IMG/VR virus record: IMGVR_UViG_3300046690_000279
Location: 1 to 64,000 of that record
Strand: one strand, 5' to 3'
Length of the DNA stretch: 64,000 nt
From: a virus
The notes below the pieces were generated by a model. It worked only from the letters and a program-made list of their open reading frames with translations, had not been told where the DNA came from and ran no database searches. Positions 34,804 through 43,095 of this stretch are shown here, piece by piece. Position numbers and translations under genes: made by a program. The stretch's first letter is position 1; every line of letters starts with the position of its first letter.

Positions 34804-35114
34804 CCGACGAATGTTGTGAGTGCGGAGGGGCTAAGCGTCCCTCCGCCTCTCGTCGTCCGCGCGCGACCCAGCCCCCTGACATGACGGCGCTGTACATGCG
34901 CACTCGGAGGCGCAGGAAGGCCCCTTACAGGCGCGCGGATGTGTTCGCCCACTGGGGAGGGCGCTGTGTGTACTGCGGGGCGCCAGCGGAGCATCTAGAC
35001 CACGTGCAGCCGCTATCGCGCGGTGGCCGAGACATCTTGTCGAACGTGGTCCCCGCATGTGCCGACTGCAACCTATCCAAGGCAGCGCTCACCCTCGCTG
35101 AGTGGCTGGCGTAG
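34800..35114 (+). CDS. HNH endonuclease
   Basis: CVYC...DHVQPLSRGG...NVVPACADCNLSK. Confidence 0.85.
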   Translation: MTDECCECGGAKRPSASRRPRATQPPDMTALYMRTRRRRKAPYRRADVFAHWGGRCVYCGAPAEHLDHVQPLSRGGRDILSNVVPACADCNLSKAALTLAEWLA

Positions 35115-35118
35115 CCCT

Positions 35119-35135
35119 GGTAACCGACTCGCTAG
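35119..35135 (+). promoter_or_regulatory. Phage-specific promoter motif
   Basis: GGTAACCGACTCGCTAG. Confidence 0.7.
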
Positions 35136-35170
35136 GCCCCAAGCACAGAACGAGAAATGGAGAGATTCTC

Positions 35171-35335
35171 ATGACCTACAACCTGCGCAACGGTTACAGC
35201 GTGGTCACTCGCAAGGCTGAGGGCGGGACGGAGTTTGAGACCCGTAACCCGCAGGGCGCCACCATCAGTACTGTGACGCTGCCCTACGTCGAGGCGAACG
35301 CGCTGGTGCGCAAGCTGTATCTGGGCCGTGTCTGA
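35171..35335 (+). CDS. Small hypothetical protein
   Basis: SD GGAG; ATG at 35171. Confidence 0.6.
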   Translation: MTYNLRNGYSVVTRKAEGGTEFETRNPQGATISTVTLPYVEANALVRKLYLGRV

Positions 35336-35508
35336 TGGCGCACGTTGATGGTTCGCTGAACGACCCGACTCCCACCAGCGGACTAGCGGGGCGAGCGGAT
35401 GTGTACCGGATTGCTGCCGCATTGATCAAACAGGTCGGATTGGTCGCAGAGGCCACCGCCGATGATGTGCTGCGGCTGGCCGAGTTTCTTGCAGGCGGCG
35501 ACTTTTAG
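35335..35508 (+). CDS. Small hypothetical protein (57 aa)
   Basis: TGATG coupling; open frame to TAG. Confidence 0.55.
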   Translation: MAHVDGSLNDPTPTSGLAGRADVYRIAAALIKQVGLVAEATADDVLRLAEFLAGGDF

Positions 35509-35516
35509 TTGGGAGG

Positions 35517-35538
35517 CACATACGGATATCCGTATGTG
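35517..35538. promoter_or_regulatory. 22-bp operator
   Basis: Perfect palindrome. Confidence 0.8.
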
Positions 35539-35564
35539 CTCCCATCATCCCTAAGGCGGAGAGA

Positions 35565-35921
35565 GTGACACGCATCACAACAGACCCGCGTGAAGAGCGC
35601 TTGCCTAAGTGGGCGCAAGAGGAACTGCGGAGCCTGCGCATGCGAGTGCGCGTTGCGGAATCCAAGATCGAAGATCTAAAGGGCAACACCCCCGAGACGG
35701 ACACGTACCTACTCGATTACGGCTCGCTGGATAACTTCCCGCTTCCGAAGGGTGCGCGCGTTGCGTACCACCTGACTCCCCCGGGCTTTGAGCGGAAAGT
35801 GCGCCAGGCAATTCAGGTCTATATCAGCGATAGCGCGTTGCACATTCAGGGTGATACCTCGCTGGTTATCTACCCGCAAGCGTCAAGTTCCCTTAATATC
35901 GAATTGGAGCGTTACCGCTAA
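35565..35921 (+). CDS. Hypothetical protein
   Basis: SD; LPKWAQ motif. Confidence 0.7.
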   Translation: MTRITTDPREERLPKWAQEELRSLRMRVRVAESKIEDLKGNTPETDTYLLDYGSLDNFPLPKGARVAYHLTPPGFERKVRQAIQVYISDSALHIQGDTSLVIYPQASSSLNIELERYR

Positions 35922-36134
35922 ATGCGCAGGCTCGTAATCCTCGCCATTCCCGCAGTGCTCGCCCTCAGCGCATGCGGGGCCGACCCGTATAACACAGGAG
36001 ACTGCGGCACGGTAGTGCACCACCACGTGATTCATCACACAGGCACACACCGTGTAGTTACACGCCACCAGCGGGTTACCATCAAGTCCGCTCGACGGCA
36101 TGTGTCGCTGAGCAAGTCAACCCGGAAGAGGTAA
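35922..36134 (+). CDS. Small lipoprotein
   Basis: Signal peptide with LSAC lipobox; His-rich and basic tail. Confidence 0.65.
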   Translation: MRRLVILAIPAVLALSACGADPYNTGDCGTVVHHHVIHHTGTHRVVTRHQRVTIKSARRHVSLSKSTRKR

Positions 36135-36138
36135 AAAG

Positions 36139-36333
36139 ATGAGAGTCCTGGCCATCCTGTTCGGCACGGTGGCGCTGACAGTGGGTGCTCCCGCGTACGC
36201 GTCCGATGCCCCGCACCCTCCGACTCCTCCGCAGGCGCACGCTCCGCACACGGTGCATCTGCCGTCCGGTGCCCCGCGCTGGGTCAAGTGCCCGGGTAAC
36301 CCGCGCATCTTGATGGCCTGCTTCACGCACTAA
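36139..36333 (+). CDS. Small secreted Pro/His-rich protein
   Basis: Sec signal ending AYA. Confidence 0.6.
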   Translation: MRVLAILFGTVALTVGAPAYASDAPHPPTPPQAHAPHTVHLPSGAPRWVKCPGNPRILMACFTH

Positions 36334-36344
36334 GGCTCAGCGAG

Positions 36345-36377
36345 AAACCCCCTGGTCAGCGCGACCGGGGGGTTTTT
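36345..36377 (+). terminator. Intrinsic terminator
   Basis: AAACCCCCTGGTC/GACCGGGGGGTTTTT; related to 63404. Confidence 0.8.
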
Positions 36378-36390
36378 CTATGCCTCGGAT

Positions 36391-36444
36391 CACATACGGA
36401 TATCCGTATGTGGGTTGCGCGAGTGCCCCACATGCCCCTAGGTT
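36391..36444 (+). promoter_or_regulatory. Operator plus promoter TTGCGC-N18-TAGGTT
   Basis: Same geometry as the repressor promoter. Confidence 0.75.
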
Positions 36445-36480
36445 GAGACCACAACAACAGCAACGAAGGGGCAGGACACG

Positions 36481-36846
36481 ATGGAGATCACGGTTCGAGT
36501 CAGCGGCGGAATGTACTGCGCACAGGTCCGCGACGGCCGCAAGCTCGTGCACTGCACCCAGCGTTTCTACACGGAAGGCATGGCGCTCGCAGACGCGAAG
36601 TGCTGGGTGGCGTTCCACGGAGAGGGAGAGATCATGAACGACCTGGTCAAGCCTGGTGACAAGTTCGAGGCGCACCGGAAGGTTACGGGTGAGCTGCGCC
36701 CGGTCGGCGCTGGTGAGATGCTGCGGCTGATCGCTGAGGCTAAGTCGTTCGGGCTGGAAGTCGTCGAAAAGATGGGCACGGAGCGGGCTTACATCGAGAT
36801 TGGCCGGAACGGAAGCTCTTACGGCCAGTACTTCCGCGTGGCCTAG
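36481..36846 (+). CDS. Hypothetical protein with an internal start at 36634
   Basis: CAACGAAGGGG leader; internal SD GAGGGAGAG. Confidence 0.65.
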   Translation: MEITVRVSGGMYCAQVRDGRKLVHCTQRFYTEGMALADAKCWVAFHGEGEIMNDLVKPGDKFEAHRKVTGELRPVGAGEMLRLIAEAKSFGLEVVEKMGTERAYIEIGRNGSSYGQYFRVA

Positions 36847-36902
36847 TCGCATCAGCAGAATGCCCGGGGCCGTAGCTGCGACCCCGGGCTGGGGAGGGAA
36901 CC

Positions 36903-37148
36903 ATGTTCGTTCACACTGAGAACATCAAGCGCGTGGTGGCTGTGACGACCGAGACGGGCGAGGATGGCAACTTTGTTCTCTGCCTCGAAGTGCAGACCAC
37001 CGGGAATGTGCGCAAGGTGCTTCGCGTGCCGCACTACTTCGCTGACTTTCTTCGGGCATCGCTGGAAAGCGAATTTGATATGATGCCCGAAGATGAGCGC
37101 AAGCGCAGTTTTCAAGCCAGCATGGCCAGCGTCCGTAAGGGGAAGTAG
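36903..37148 (+). CDS. Hypothetical protein
   Basis: SD GGGAGG. Confidence 0.65.
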   Translation: MFVHTENIKRVVAVTTETGEDGNFVLCLEVQTTGNVRKVLRVPHYFADFLRASLESEFDMMPEDERKRSFQASMASVRKGK

Positions 37149-37149
37149 C

Positions 37150-37347
37150 GTGCCGCAAATCAAGCTCGATATCCTGGAAATCACGGGCTTCGAAGAGTTC
37201 GCCGATCGCAGCGTTGATATTCAGGTGGTCGACCGGGTCCGGGGGCCGGTTGTCCTCCGCATGCAGGAAGATACGGCGCGCTGGCTGTTCGCTCTGGGTA
37301 CGGATAAGCTCACTTCGTGGCGCAAGGCTGATGGAGAGGACGACTGA
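37150..37347 (+). CDS. Hypothetical protein
   Basis: Operon-packed; GTG start. Confidence 0.55.
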   Translation: MPQIKLDILEITGFEEFADRSVDIQVVDRVRGPVVLRMQEDTARWLFALGTDKLTSWRKADGEDD

Positions 37348-37348
37348 C

Positions 37349-37519
37349 ATGGAATACCAGACGCGAGAGTTCCGGGCGGACATGACGTGCGAGTACTCCA
37401 CGCGGGATCGCTGGGACGGAGTCAGGGCGGTAACGCTGATTGATTGCGGGCCAGTGGTCGGCATGGTGGCAGCGTGCCAGGAGTGCGCGGACATGTACGA
37501 GCGCCTGCAAGCGAAGTAA
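37349..37519 (+). CDS. Small CxxC protein
   Basis: SD GAGGA; followed by a terminator. Confidence 0.55.
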   Translation: MEYQTREFRADMTCEYSTRDRWDGVRAVTLIDCGPVVGMVAACQECADMYERLQAK

Positions 37520-37524
37520 GGAAC

Positions 37525-37551
37525 GGGGCCCCTTCGGGGGCCCTTTCTTTT
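37525..37551 (+). terminator. Intrinsic terminator (UUCG loop)
   Basis: GGGGCCCC-TTCG-GGGGCCCT plus T-tract. Confidence 0.85.
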
Positions 37552-37702
37552 GGCCTCAATAAGGTTGCTTGACTCAATTAATGAACACAACATGAATGTA
37601 ATGTACAGGTTTGGCAAACCATACGGCGTATGTCGGAGTATTTGATTCCGGAACCTTTACGCTTCCTGTGAGCCCCCCACCCGTCGCCCCTAGTTAGCGA
37701 TC

Positions 37703-38110
37703 ATGACTTGTATTGAGCCGACCCCCACGACAGACCTTTATTTGTTCATACCCGGACCGCTGGGCCACGGTTCCTGGGCATGGTCCGAACACCCGCGCTG
37801 GCCTGGTGTGCTGGCCTCTGACTTCGCTTACAGCGCCCGTGAAGCCTCAGCGCTCGTACGGGCCTACGCAACGACCGTGGCGCGCCTGATAGCCCCCCGC
37901 GAAGCCAACCGGTTCATAGTGCTCGGGCGTGGCCGAGTGACTGGCCTGGTGCTCGCCCGGGACGAGTGGGAGTGGCACCAGCGGGATAGGGAGTACGCGC
38001 CGACCGACGACGAGCCTTGGAACACGTGGCGTACTGCCGCCCGCGCCTACTACGAAATCACGGGCAAGTTGATCGAGCGTCAGAAGTTCAGACCTAGGCT
38101 GGACGTGTAG
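37703..38110 (+). CDS. Hypothetical protein
   Basis: ORF after an AT-rich promoter region. Confidence 0.55.
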   Translation: MTCIEPTPTTDLYLFIPGPLGHGSWAWSEHPRWPGVLASDFAYSAREASALVRAYATTVARLIAPREANRFIVLGRGRVTGLVLARDEWEWHQRDREYAPTDDEPWNTWRTAARAYYEITGKLIERQKFRPRLDV

Positions 38111-38133
38111 CACGCACCGGTACGCTCGCCTGC

Positions 38134-38352
38134 ATGAACGACGAGACGAACGGGATCACCCCGCCCAAGATCAAGACCTACCGCAGCGTCCCCGAGCTAC
38201 TCGCCAAGCTTGAGGGGCGTGCAGCCATGTGGGAGCGCGTATCGCGGGAGAACAAGGAACGGGCGGAAGACTTCGAGCGCGCTGCCCAAGAGATCAGGAA
38301 CGGTGCAGCAAGCGTTGTCGTAGGGCGTACAACGTACGTGCTAGGGGAGTAG
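38134..38352 (+). CDS. Hypothetical protein, probably leaderless
   Basis: TACGCT -10 box 7 nt before the ATG. Confidence 0.6.
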   Translation: MNDETNGITPPKIKTYRSVPELLAKLEGRAAMWERVSRENKERAEDFERAAQEIRNGAASVVVGRTTYVLGE

Positions 38353-38410
38353 CCTGATTCAACTAGTCCGGTAACGGGCCGGGCGTGGTGGTGAGTTAGG
38401 ACAACCGAAG

Positions 38411-38635
38411 ATGACCCAAGCGGACAGCGTGCAAGCGCTGCGAATGTCGCTTGACTCGGAGCCTGCGGGTGCCGGGCAAGCGAAGATCGTTTTCCCGGAG
38501 TCGTGGGCTCTCTGCGTTCTGTGCGGCGGGCCGACTGAAGTCCTGGTGGTGATCGCTTACTTTGAGTCTGCGTCGAACTCTGGCGCACTCAAGGGGTGCG
38601 GGTACTGCGCTGACCTACTCGGGGTGGCGGCATGA
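38411..38635 (+). CDS. Small zinc-binding protein
   Basis: Two CxxC motifs. Confidence 0.5.
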   Translation: MTQADSVQALRMSLDSEPAGAGQAKIVFPESWALCVLCGGPTEVLVVIAYFESASNSGALKGCGYCADLLGVAA

Positions 38636-38844
38636 GCGAGGGAACGGGGCCCACGGTCCCACAAGAGGGCTACCAGGCAGCGTGGGCGGCGTACGTAGAC
38701 CACGTACACCCCAGGGACGGAGAGACCCCGCCGTGCCCCGTCTGTGTCAGTTCCAAGGGGCCGAGCCTGGGTTGCGAAGAGGGCCAGAGGCTTCACGGTA
38801 ACTACCGGCTCGCGAGGATCGGCAAGCCCATAACGGCTGGCTAG
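38632..38844 (+). CDS. Small zinc-binding protein
   Basis: H...CPVC...C motif; ATGA coupling. Confidence 0.6.
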   Translation: MSEGTGPTVPQEGYQAAWAAYVDHVHPRDGETPPCPVCVSSKGPSLGCEEGQRLHGNYRLARIGKPITAG

Positions 38845-38851
38845 CCTCAAA

Positions 38852-38895
38852 CAGAAAAAGACCCGTCCGGGCGGCATCCCGGACGGGTCTTCTGT
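38852..38895. terminator. Probable bidirectional terminator
   Basis: 14-bp stem AAGACCCGTCCGGG/CCCGGACGGGTCTT with an upstream A-tract. Confidence 0.75.
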
Positions 38896-39186
38896 GTCTA
38901 GTAAGGGGGCGCAGGTACCCGCCAAAGGGCCCACCCCTGCCCATACGTGCGGAGCGCGCAGCGAAACGGCATTTGCAGCCTGGTGTACAACTGTGCGGTT
39001 TCATGCCAGCGGACGAGCGAGTCATGCCGACTGAGACAACCCGATATCTGAACGGCGCCCGGGGGAAGCGGCGCACCCTTGCTCTTTCCCATGCCTCAAC
39101 TGTACGAATTCCGGCCCGTTACCGAATCGGCCTGCGGTATGGGAAAGGGGTCACACCAGGGTCACGGCGCCCATATGATCATGGGC

Positions 39187-39396
39187 ATGAATCGCAGATA
39201 CGTAATCAGGCGTTCCCCGGGCGGTTGGGGAATACGCGACCTAGTGGCACCAGGCCTCTGCACGCTGCAAGACGACCAGGGCGCCACAGTGCCGCTTGAG
39301 TGGGACGACCCCACAGGGGCCGAAGAGTGGCTGTACCGGTGCCGCGTAGCTTGGGGCGCTGGCCTGGTCACAGCGCCGGACGGCTGGCGCGGATAG
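39187..39396 (+). CDS. Small hypothetical protein next to attP, probably leaderless
   Basis: TATGAT -10 box 7 nt before the ATG. Confidence 0.55.
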   Translation: MNRRYVIRRSPGGWGIRDLVAPGLCTLQDDQGATVPLEWDDPTGAEEWLYRCRVAWGAGLVTAPDGWRG

Positions 39397-39397
39397 G

Positions 39398-39455
39398 TCC
39401 ATGTACTCAAGGGTGTGCATGTGACCCCTGACGTGTGTAGCCTTGAGTACATGGA
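39398..39455. other. attP-like site of the serine integrase (central CC at 39426-39427)
   Basis: Perfect 15-bp inverted repeat TCCATGTACTCAAGG/CCTTGAGTACATGGA with 28-bp spacer, overlapping the int ATG. Confidence 0.75.
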
Positions 39456-40920
39456 TCAGAAAACGTTGAACGTCGCGCTGTACCTGCGCCTGAGCCGGGA
39501 CGCCGAAGGCAGCGCCAGCATCGAGACCCAGCGTGCTGCGGCCCTTGCCTGGCTGGCCGCGAACGGGATCACTGACTACGTGCTCACTGAGTACCTAGAC
39601 GCTGGCGTGTCCGGCGCGAAACCCCTGGAAGCCCGTAAGGGCATGGCCCAGCTCATGACCGACGTACAGGAGCGTGTCACGGCCGCAGGGCGGAACGGGC
39701 CGGGAGAGACGATTGTCATAGCGTGGAAGCTGGACCGGTACGCGCGCAGCGTGAGTGAGTTCCTCCGCCTGGTCGCGTGGGGCCAGCCTCGCAATGTGCG
39801 GTTGGCCACGACAGACAACACGATCAACACCACCACCGCCACGGGCCGCATGGTCGCAACGTTCCTTGCAGCGCTGGCCGAGTGGGAACGCGACCTGATC
39901 AAATCGCGCATCACCGAGGGGCAGGCCACTCGACGGACGCAGGGCCGATGGGGCGCCGGAAACCCCCCGTACGGGTACCGAATCGTGTTTCGGGACGGCG
40001 CTGCGTATCTCGAAATACACGAAGAGCAAGCGGCCGTAATCCGGAAAGCCGTCGACGAGCTGTTGAACAATGAAGACAGTTCGGTAGCGAGCACAGCGCT
40101 GATGGTGGACGTGTCAGAGGCCCAATGGCGCCGGTTGCTCAAAGCGCCGACGCTGAAAGGCCAGCGCACGCACCATGGCCAACTTGTCGTTGCCGATGAT
40201 GGAATTACGCCCGTGCAATTCGCTGAGCCGATCATCGGCGCCGCTGAATTCAAAAAGATTCAAGCCAGGCTGGCGAGGCTGTCCACTGGGGCGCAGCAGA
40301 CGCCTAGGGCGGGGGCTAACCTCTGCGCCGGTATGTCCTGGTGCGCTGTCTGCAACGGGCGACTGAACGGCGGACGCAGCGACAGGGGCGAACAGCTCTA
40401 CCGGTGCAAGGCTGGGCACGTAGCCATCTACGCCCGTGTGCTCGACGAGAAAGTTGAGGCCGAATTCATGACCAGGTTCGGCGGCATGGCCGAGTACGTG
40501 GTGCGACTCGAAGGCGGTAACGACCTCAGCGACCAACTGACAGAAGCGGAGGAGCAAGCGAAGCGTCTGTCCAAGCGCATGGCTACCGCTGGCCCGCTGA
40601 TGCTCGGATCGCTCGAAGAGCTGGGCGCTGAGCTAGAAGCCACGTACGCCGCTCTAAGGGCCGCGCACGACCCTGACGTACGCGAGGTACTCGAACCCAC
40701 TGGAAGGACGGTAGGCGAAGCGTGGGAGGCCTCCCCGGGGTCGCGTGGCCGCTTGCTCAGGGACCTAGGGCTGCATGTAGTGCTGGCCGCCAACGGGCGG
40801 GGGCGAATCAGCGCGGAGCGGGTAGGCGAGCGCGTGTCGGTCTCATGGGCCGTCGGGGGCGATGATCATGACCTGGCCGAGATGCTCGGCGACCTTGACG
40901 CAGAGAGGGTTTCCCAGTGA
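39451..40920 (+). CDS. int: Large serine integrase (copy B)
   Basis: YLRLS catalytic Ser, D.GVSG, WKLDRYAR, recombinase domain, CAVC...YRC zinc ribbon, coiled coil. Confidence 0.96.
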   Translation: MDQKTLNVALYLRLSRDAEGSASIETQRAAALAWLAANGITDYVLTEYLDAGVSGAKPLEARKGMAQLMTDVQERVTAAGRNGPGETIVIAWKLDRYARSVSEFLRLVAWGQPRNVRLATTDNTINTTTATGRMVATFLAALAEWERDLIKSRITEGQATRRTQGRWGAGNPPYGYRIVFRDGAAYLEIHEEQAAVIRKAVDELLNNEDSSVASTALMVDVSEAQWRRLLKAPTLKGQRTHHGQLVVADDGITPVQFAEPIIGAAEFKKIQARLARLSTGAQQTPRAGANLCAGMSWCAVCNGRLNGGRSDRGEQLYRCKAGHVAIYARVLDEKVEAEFMTRFGGMAEYVVRLEGGNDLSDQLTEAEEQAKRLSKRMATAGPLMLGSLEELGAELEATYAALRAAHDPDVREVLEPTGRTVGEAWEASPGSRGRLLRDLGLHVVLAANGRGRISAERVGERVSVSWAVGGDDHDLAEMLGDLDAERVSQ

Positions 40921-41420
40921 TTCACTGCACGATTTGCCAGCACGACAAGCCGCGTAGCGAGTTCGCTGACAGCGAGGTGCGGAACGAGACCACCGGTTGG
41001 TGTAGGTCCTGCATGGTCCTGTACAGGGAAGCGGGGCGCTTGGGTGTGCGTGACCCCGCGCAGCACGTACGTAACGCCCTGCCACCCATTGAGTGCTCTA
41101 AGTGCGGTGAGACCAGGCCCACCCGAGAGTTCGCCCCGGGCGCGCCGGTAGCCACCTGTGTGGCGTGCTGGGACGGAGGCAAGGGCGAGCGCAGACGGGA
41201 GTCAATGCGCAAGCTCAGGTCGGAGACTCCGCTAGAAGAGTTGGCAGCCAAACAGGCGGCCTACCGCGCGGGCATGCGCAAGGACAAGTGCGCCATCTGC
41301 GGCGGGCCCATCGAAGGGCAGGGCATCTGCATGCGCTGCGAAGGCCACGTGATGGCGCTGGGCGGGCTGGAGGGGCTGAAGCAGGCCGTTCGCGCTGTGC
41401 GGTATCTGGAAGGACAGTGA
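40917..41420 (+). CDS. Multi-CxxC zinc-finger protein (copy B)
   Basis: Homologue of 542..1045. Confidence 0.8.
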   Translation: MIHCTICQHDKPRSEFADSEVRNETTGWCRSCMVLYREAGRLGVRDPAQHVRNALPPIECSKCGETRPTREFAPGAPVATCVACWDGGKGERRRESMRKLRSETPLEELAAKQAAYRAGMRKDKCAICGGPIEGQGICMRCEGHVMALGGLEGLKQAVRAVRYLEGQ

Positions 41421-41552
41421 CCTAGGTCACACTGTTTGGTCACGGGGCGATCACGGGCGAGTGCCGGTGGTCGCCCTTCGGCGTTACAGCGCACAGGGTC
41501 GGTGACGTTTCTTTTTCAGCGCCCAAGATCAACATGCCATCTGACCTGCAAC

Positions 41553-41648
41553 AAGTGATGAAGTGACGTTTTACCCCTACTTCTCAGAATCACATAAGAA
41601 AACCTATAGGGATTACAGAAGTGCCATCCATATCGTCACTTCGTCACC
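41553..41648. repeat. Inverted iteron-like element (N65 spacer)
   Basis: AAGTGATGAAGTGACG ... CGTCACTTCGTCAC. Confidence 0.6.
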
Positions 41649-41681
41649 ACGGCGCCGTTACCCACCTGTGGCCGCCCGGGG

Positions 41682-41697
41682 CCTTTCACCCGATCTA
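41682..41697 (+). promoter_or_regulatory. Candidate copy-B-specific promoter motif CCTTTCACCCGATCTA
   Basis: Occupies the position of the copy A motif; related motif at 61650. Confidence 0.45.
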
Positions 41698-41705
41698 TAT
41701 ATAGT

Positions 41706-41821
41706 GTAGGGCGGTTGTTCCCGCGCACTGAGGAACGATGACCCGGCGGTCTGAGGACCCACCCTACAAAGCGGCCCTGTGTGCTCCCGTGCCTCTCTCC
41801 CACGGTCTGAGCACCAGGGCT
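41706..41821 (+). ncRNA. Two-domain structured RNA with CCUCUCUCC loop (copy B)
   Basis: Covaries with 1317..1430. Confidence 0.65.
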
Positions 41822-41823
41822 AC

Positions 41824-41897
41824 GCCCCCTTAGCTCAGTGGTCTAGAGCGTCCGCTTGTCGTGCGGAGGGTCACCGGTTCGAATCCGGTAGGGGGCG
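41824..41897 (+). tRNA. tRNA-Asp(GTC)
   Basis: Cloverleaf; TCCGC-TTGTCGT-GCGGA; G73 discriminator. Confidence 0.85.
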
Positions 41898-41901
41898 CGC
41901 A

Positions 41902-42080
41902 GGTGCAGACAATAGGCCGTGACTGGCGCGACGATATGCACCCTGGGTGAAACCGGCGCAGACTGGCCAGCTTGTCACTGGTTGCAGCGCGCGGCGAGTA
42001 ACCCTAAATCTTGGTAAGGGGCAGCGTTAGCGCTGGAAACGCCACCACCCCCATGCAGCGGTGAACTGGTCCGCTGCCAA
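41902..42080 (+). ncRNA. Unidentified multi-stem structured RNA (insert-free form)
   Basis: Homologue of 1649..1936. Confidence 0.65.
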
Positions 42081-42153
42081 TGGCGTGTAGCTCAATCGGT
42101 AGAGCGCCGGACTGTTAATCCGGGGGTTGCTGGTTCGAATCCAGCCGTGCCAG
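42081..42153 (+). tRNA. tRNA-Asn(GTT)
   Basis: Cloverleaf; CCGGA-CTGTTAA-TCCGG. Confidence 0.9.
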
Positions 42154-42272
42154 CTCGCTTCGCGACAGTCACTGAGATTGGTCCCGGCCGTACTCCGGGC
42201 AAGTGCAACGGCGAAGCGCACCGTTCCCCAGCGTCAAAAGAGTGAGACGGCCCGCAAGGGTGCTGGGGCTAA

Positions 42273-42353
42273 CCGCTGATGGTGTAACGGTAGCCACGCC
42301 AGGCTTAGGCCCTGGTGCCTTCGGGCGTGGGGGTTCGAATCCCTCTCAGCGGA
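42273..42353 (+). tRNA. tRNA-Leu(TAG)
   Basis: Class II cloverleaf; CCAGG-CTTAGGC-CCTGG. Confidence 0.9.
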
Positions 42354-42401
42354 CGAGCCCTGTACGGGGCGCCTGGTTAGCACACCATGAACGTGCGAAG
42401 C

Positions 42402-42475
42402 GTGGGTATGGTCCAGTTGGTTAGGGCGCCTGGTTTGGGACCAGGAAGTCACAGGTTCGAATCCTGTTACCCGCA
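42402..42475 (+). tRNA. tRNA-Pro(TGG)
   Basis: Cloverleaf; CCTGG-TTTGGGA-CCAGG. Confidence 0.9.
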
Positions 42476-42492
42476 CGGGTCCGATCGGACCA

Positions 42493-42566
42493 GGGCAGGG
42501 GCAGACGTGCCCATTAGGTTGAAGTGCCGCCAAGGCACGAGGGGTTCAAATCCCGCCTGCCCGCCA
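42493..42566 (+). ncRNA. tRNA mimic without a canonical anticodon arm
   Basis: Acceptor GGGCAGG/CCTGCCC plus G-CCA, TTCAAAT T-loop, two small hairpins; copy B only. Confidence 0.55.
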
Positions 42567-42567
42567 C

Positions 42568-42589
42568 CACATACGGATATCCGGAGGTG
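42568..42589. promoter_or_regulatory. 22-bp operator (SD variant)
   Basis: CACATACGGATATCCGGAGGTG. Confidence 0.8.
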
Positions 42590-42594
42590 CCCCG

Positions 42595-43092
42595 TTGGGC
42601 GAGCATGTCCCCCAGCCTGGTGACTTCGGCCTATGCCGGATATCCGGGCTCACTGGCGCTGCTGTGTCCGCTGGCCAACGCCTGATCGGTTCCGGTAGCT
42701 ACTTCACGCACGCGTTCATCTACCTCGGCGACGGCGAAGTGATTCAGGCCCAACCGGGCGGAGCTAAGCGCATGCTGCTGAGTGACGCCGTGAGCGACCA
42801 CAGCCGCGTAGCGTACTCGTCCTTCCCGCTGGCCCCTATTCAGCGCGCTGCCATTCTGGGCGCAGCGACGTACCTGATTGGCACCCCGTACAGCTTCGCG
42901 GATTACGCGGCCATTGGTGCCCGTCGACTGCTTGGCGTTGCCACGCTGGAACGATTTGTGCGCGATAGCGGCCACATGATTTGTAGTCAGTTCGTCGATG
43001 AGTGTTATCGGCGCGCTGGCTTTGAGCTTTTCCCCGGGCGAATTCCGGGCGATGTTGCCCCTGGCGACCTTGCCAACCTGATTGGAGCGTAG
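42595..43092 (+). CDS. Permuted NlpC/P60 hydrolase (copy B)
   Basis: Homologue of 2296..2793. Confidence 0.75.
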   Translation: MGEHVPQPGDFGLCRISGLTGAAVSAGQRLIGSGSYFTHAFIYLGDGEVIQAQPGGAKRMLLSDAVSDHSRVAYSSFPLAPIQRAAILGAATYLIGTPYSFADYAAIGARRLLGVATLERFVRDSGHMICSQFVDECYRRAGFELFPGRIPGDVAPGDLANLIGA

Positions 43093-43095
43093 CTA

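Larger units (their letters stand above)
1..39426 (+). mobile_element. Temperate phage/prophage copy A (phiC31-like siphovirus), nearly a full unit; starts inside int
   Basis: Complete ordered phage gene set from int 3' end through packaging, head, tail, lysis, repressor and replication genes to an attP-like site; gene order as in phiC31. Confidence 0.95.

Noticed and set aside
37619-37632. CATACGGCGTATG as an 18th operator
   Set aside because: Shares the outer arms but lacks the central GGATATCC core and the spacing
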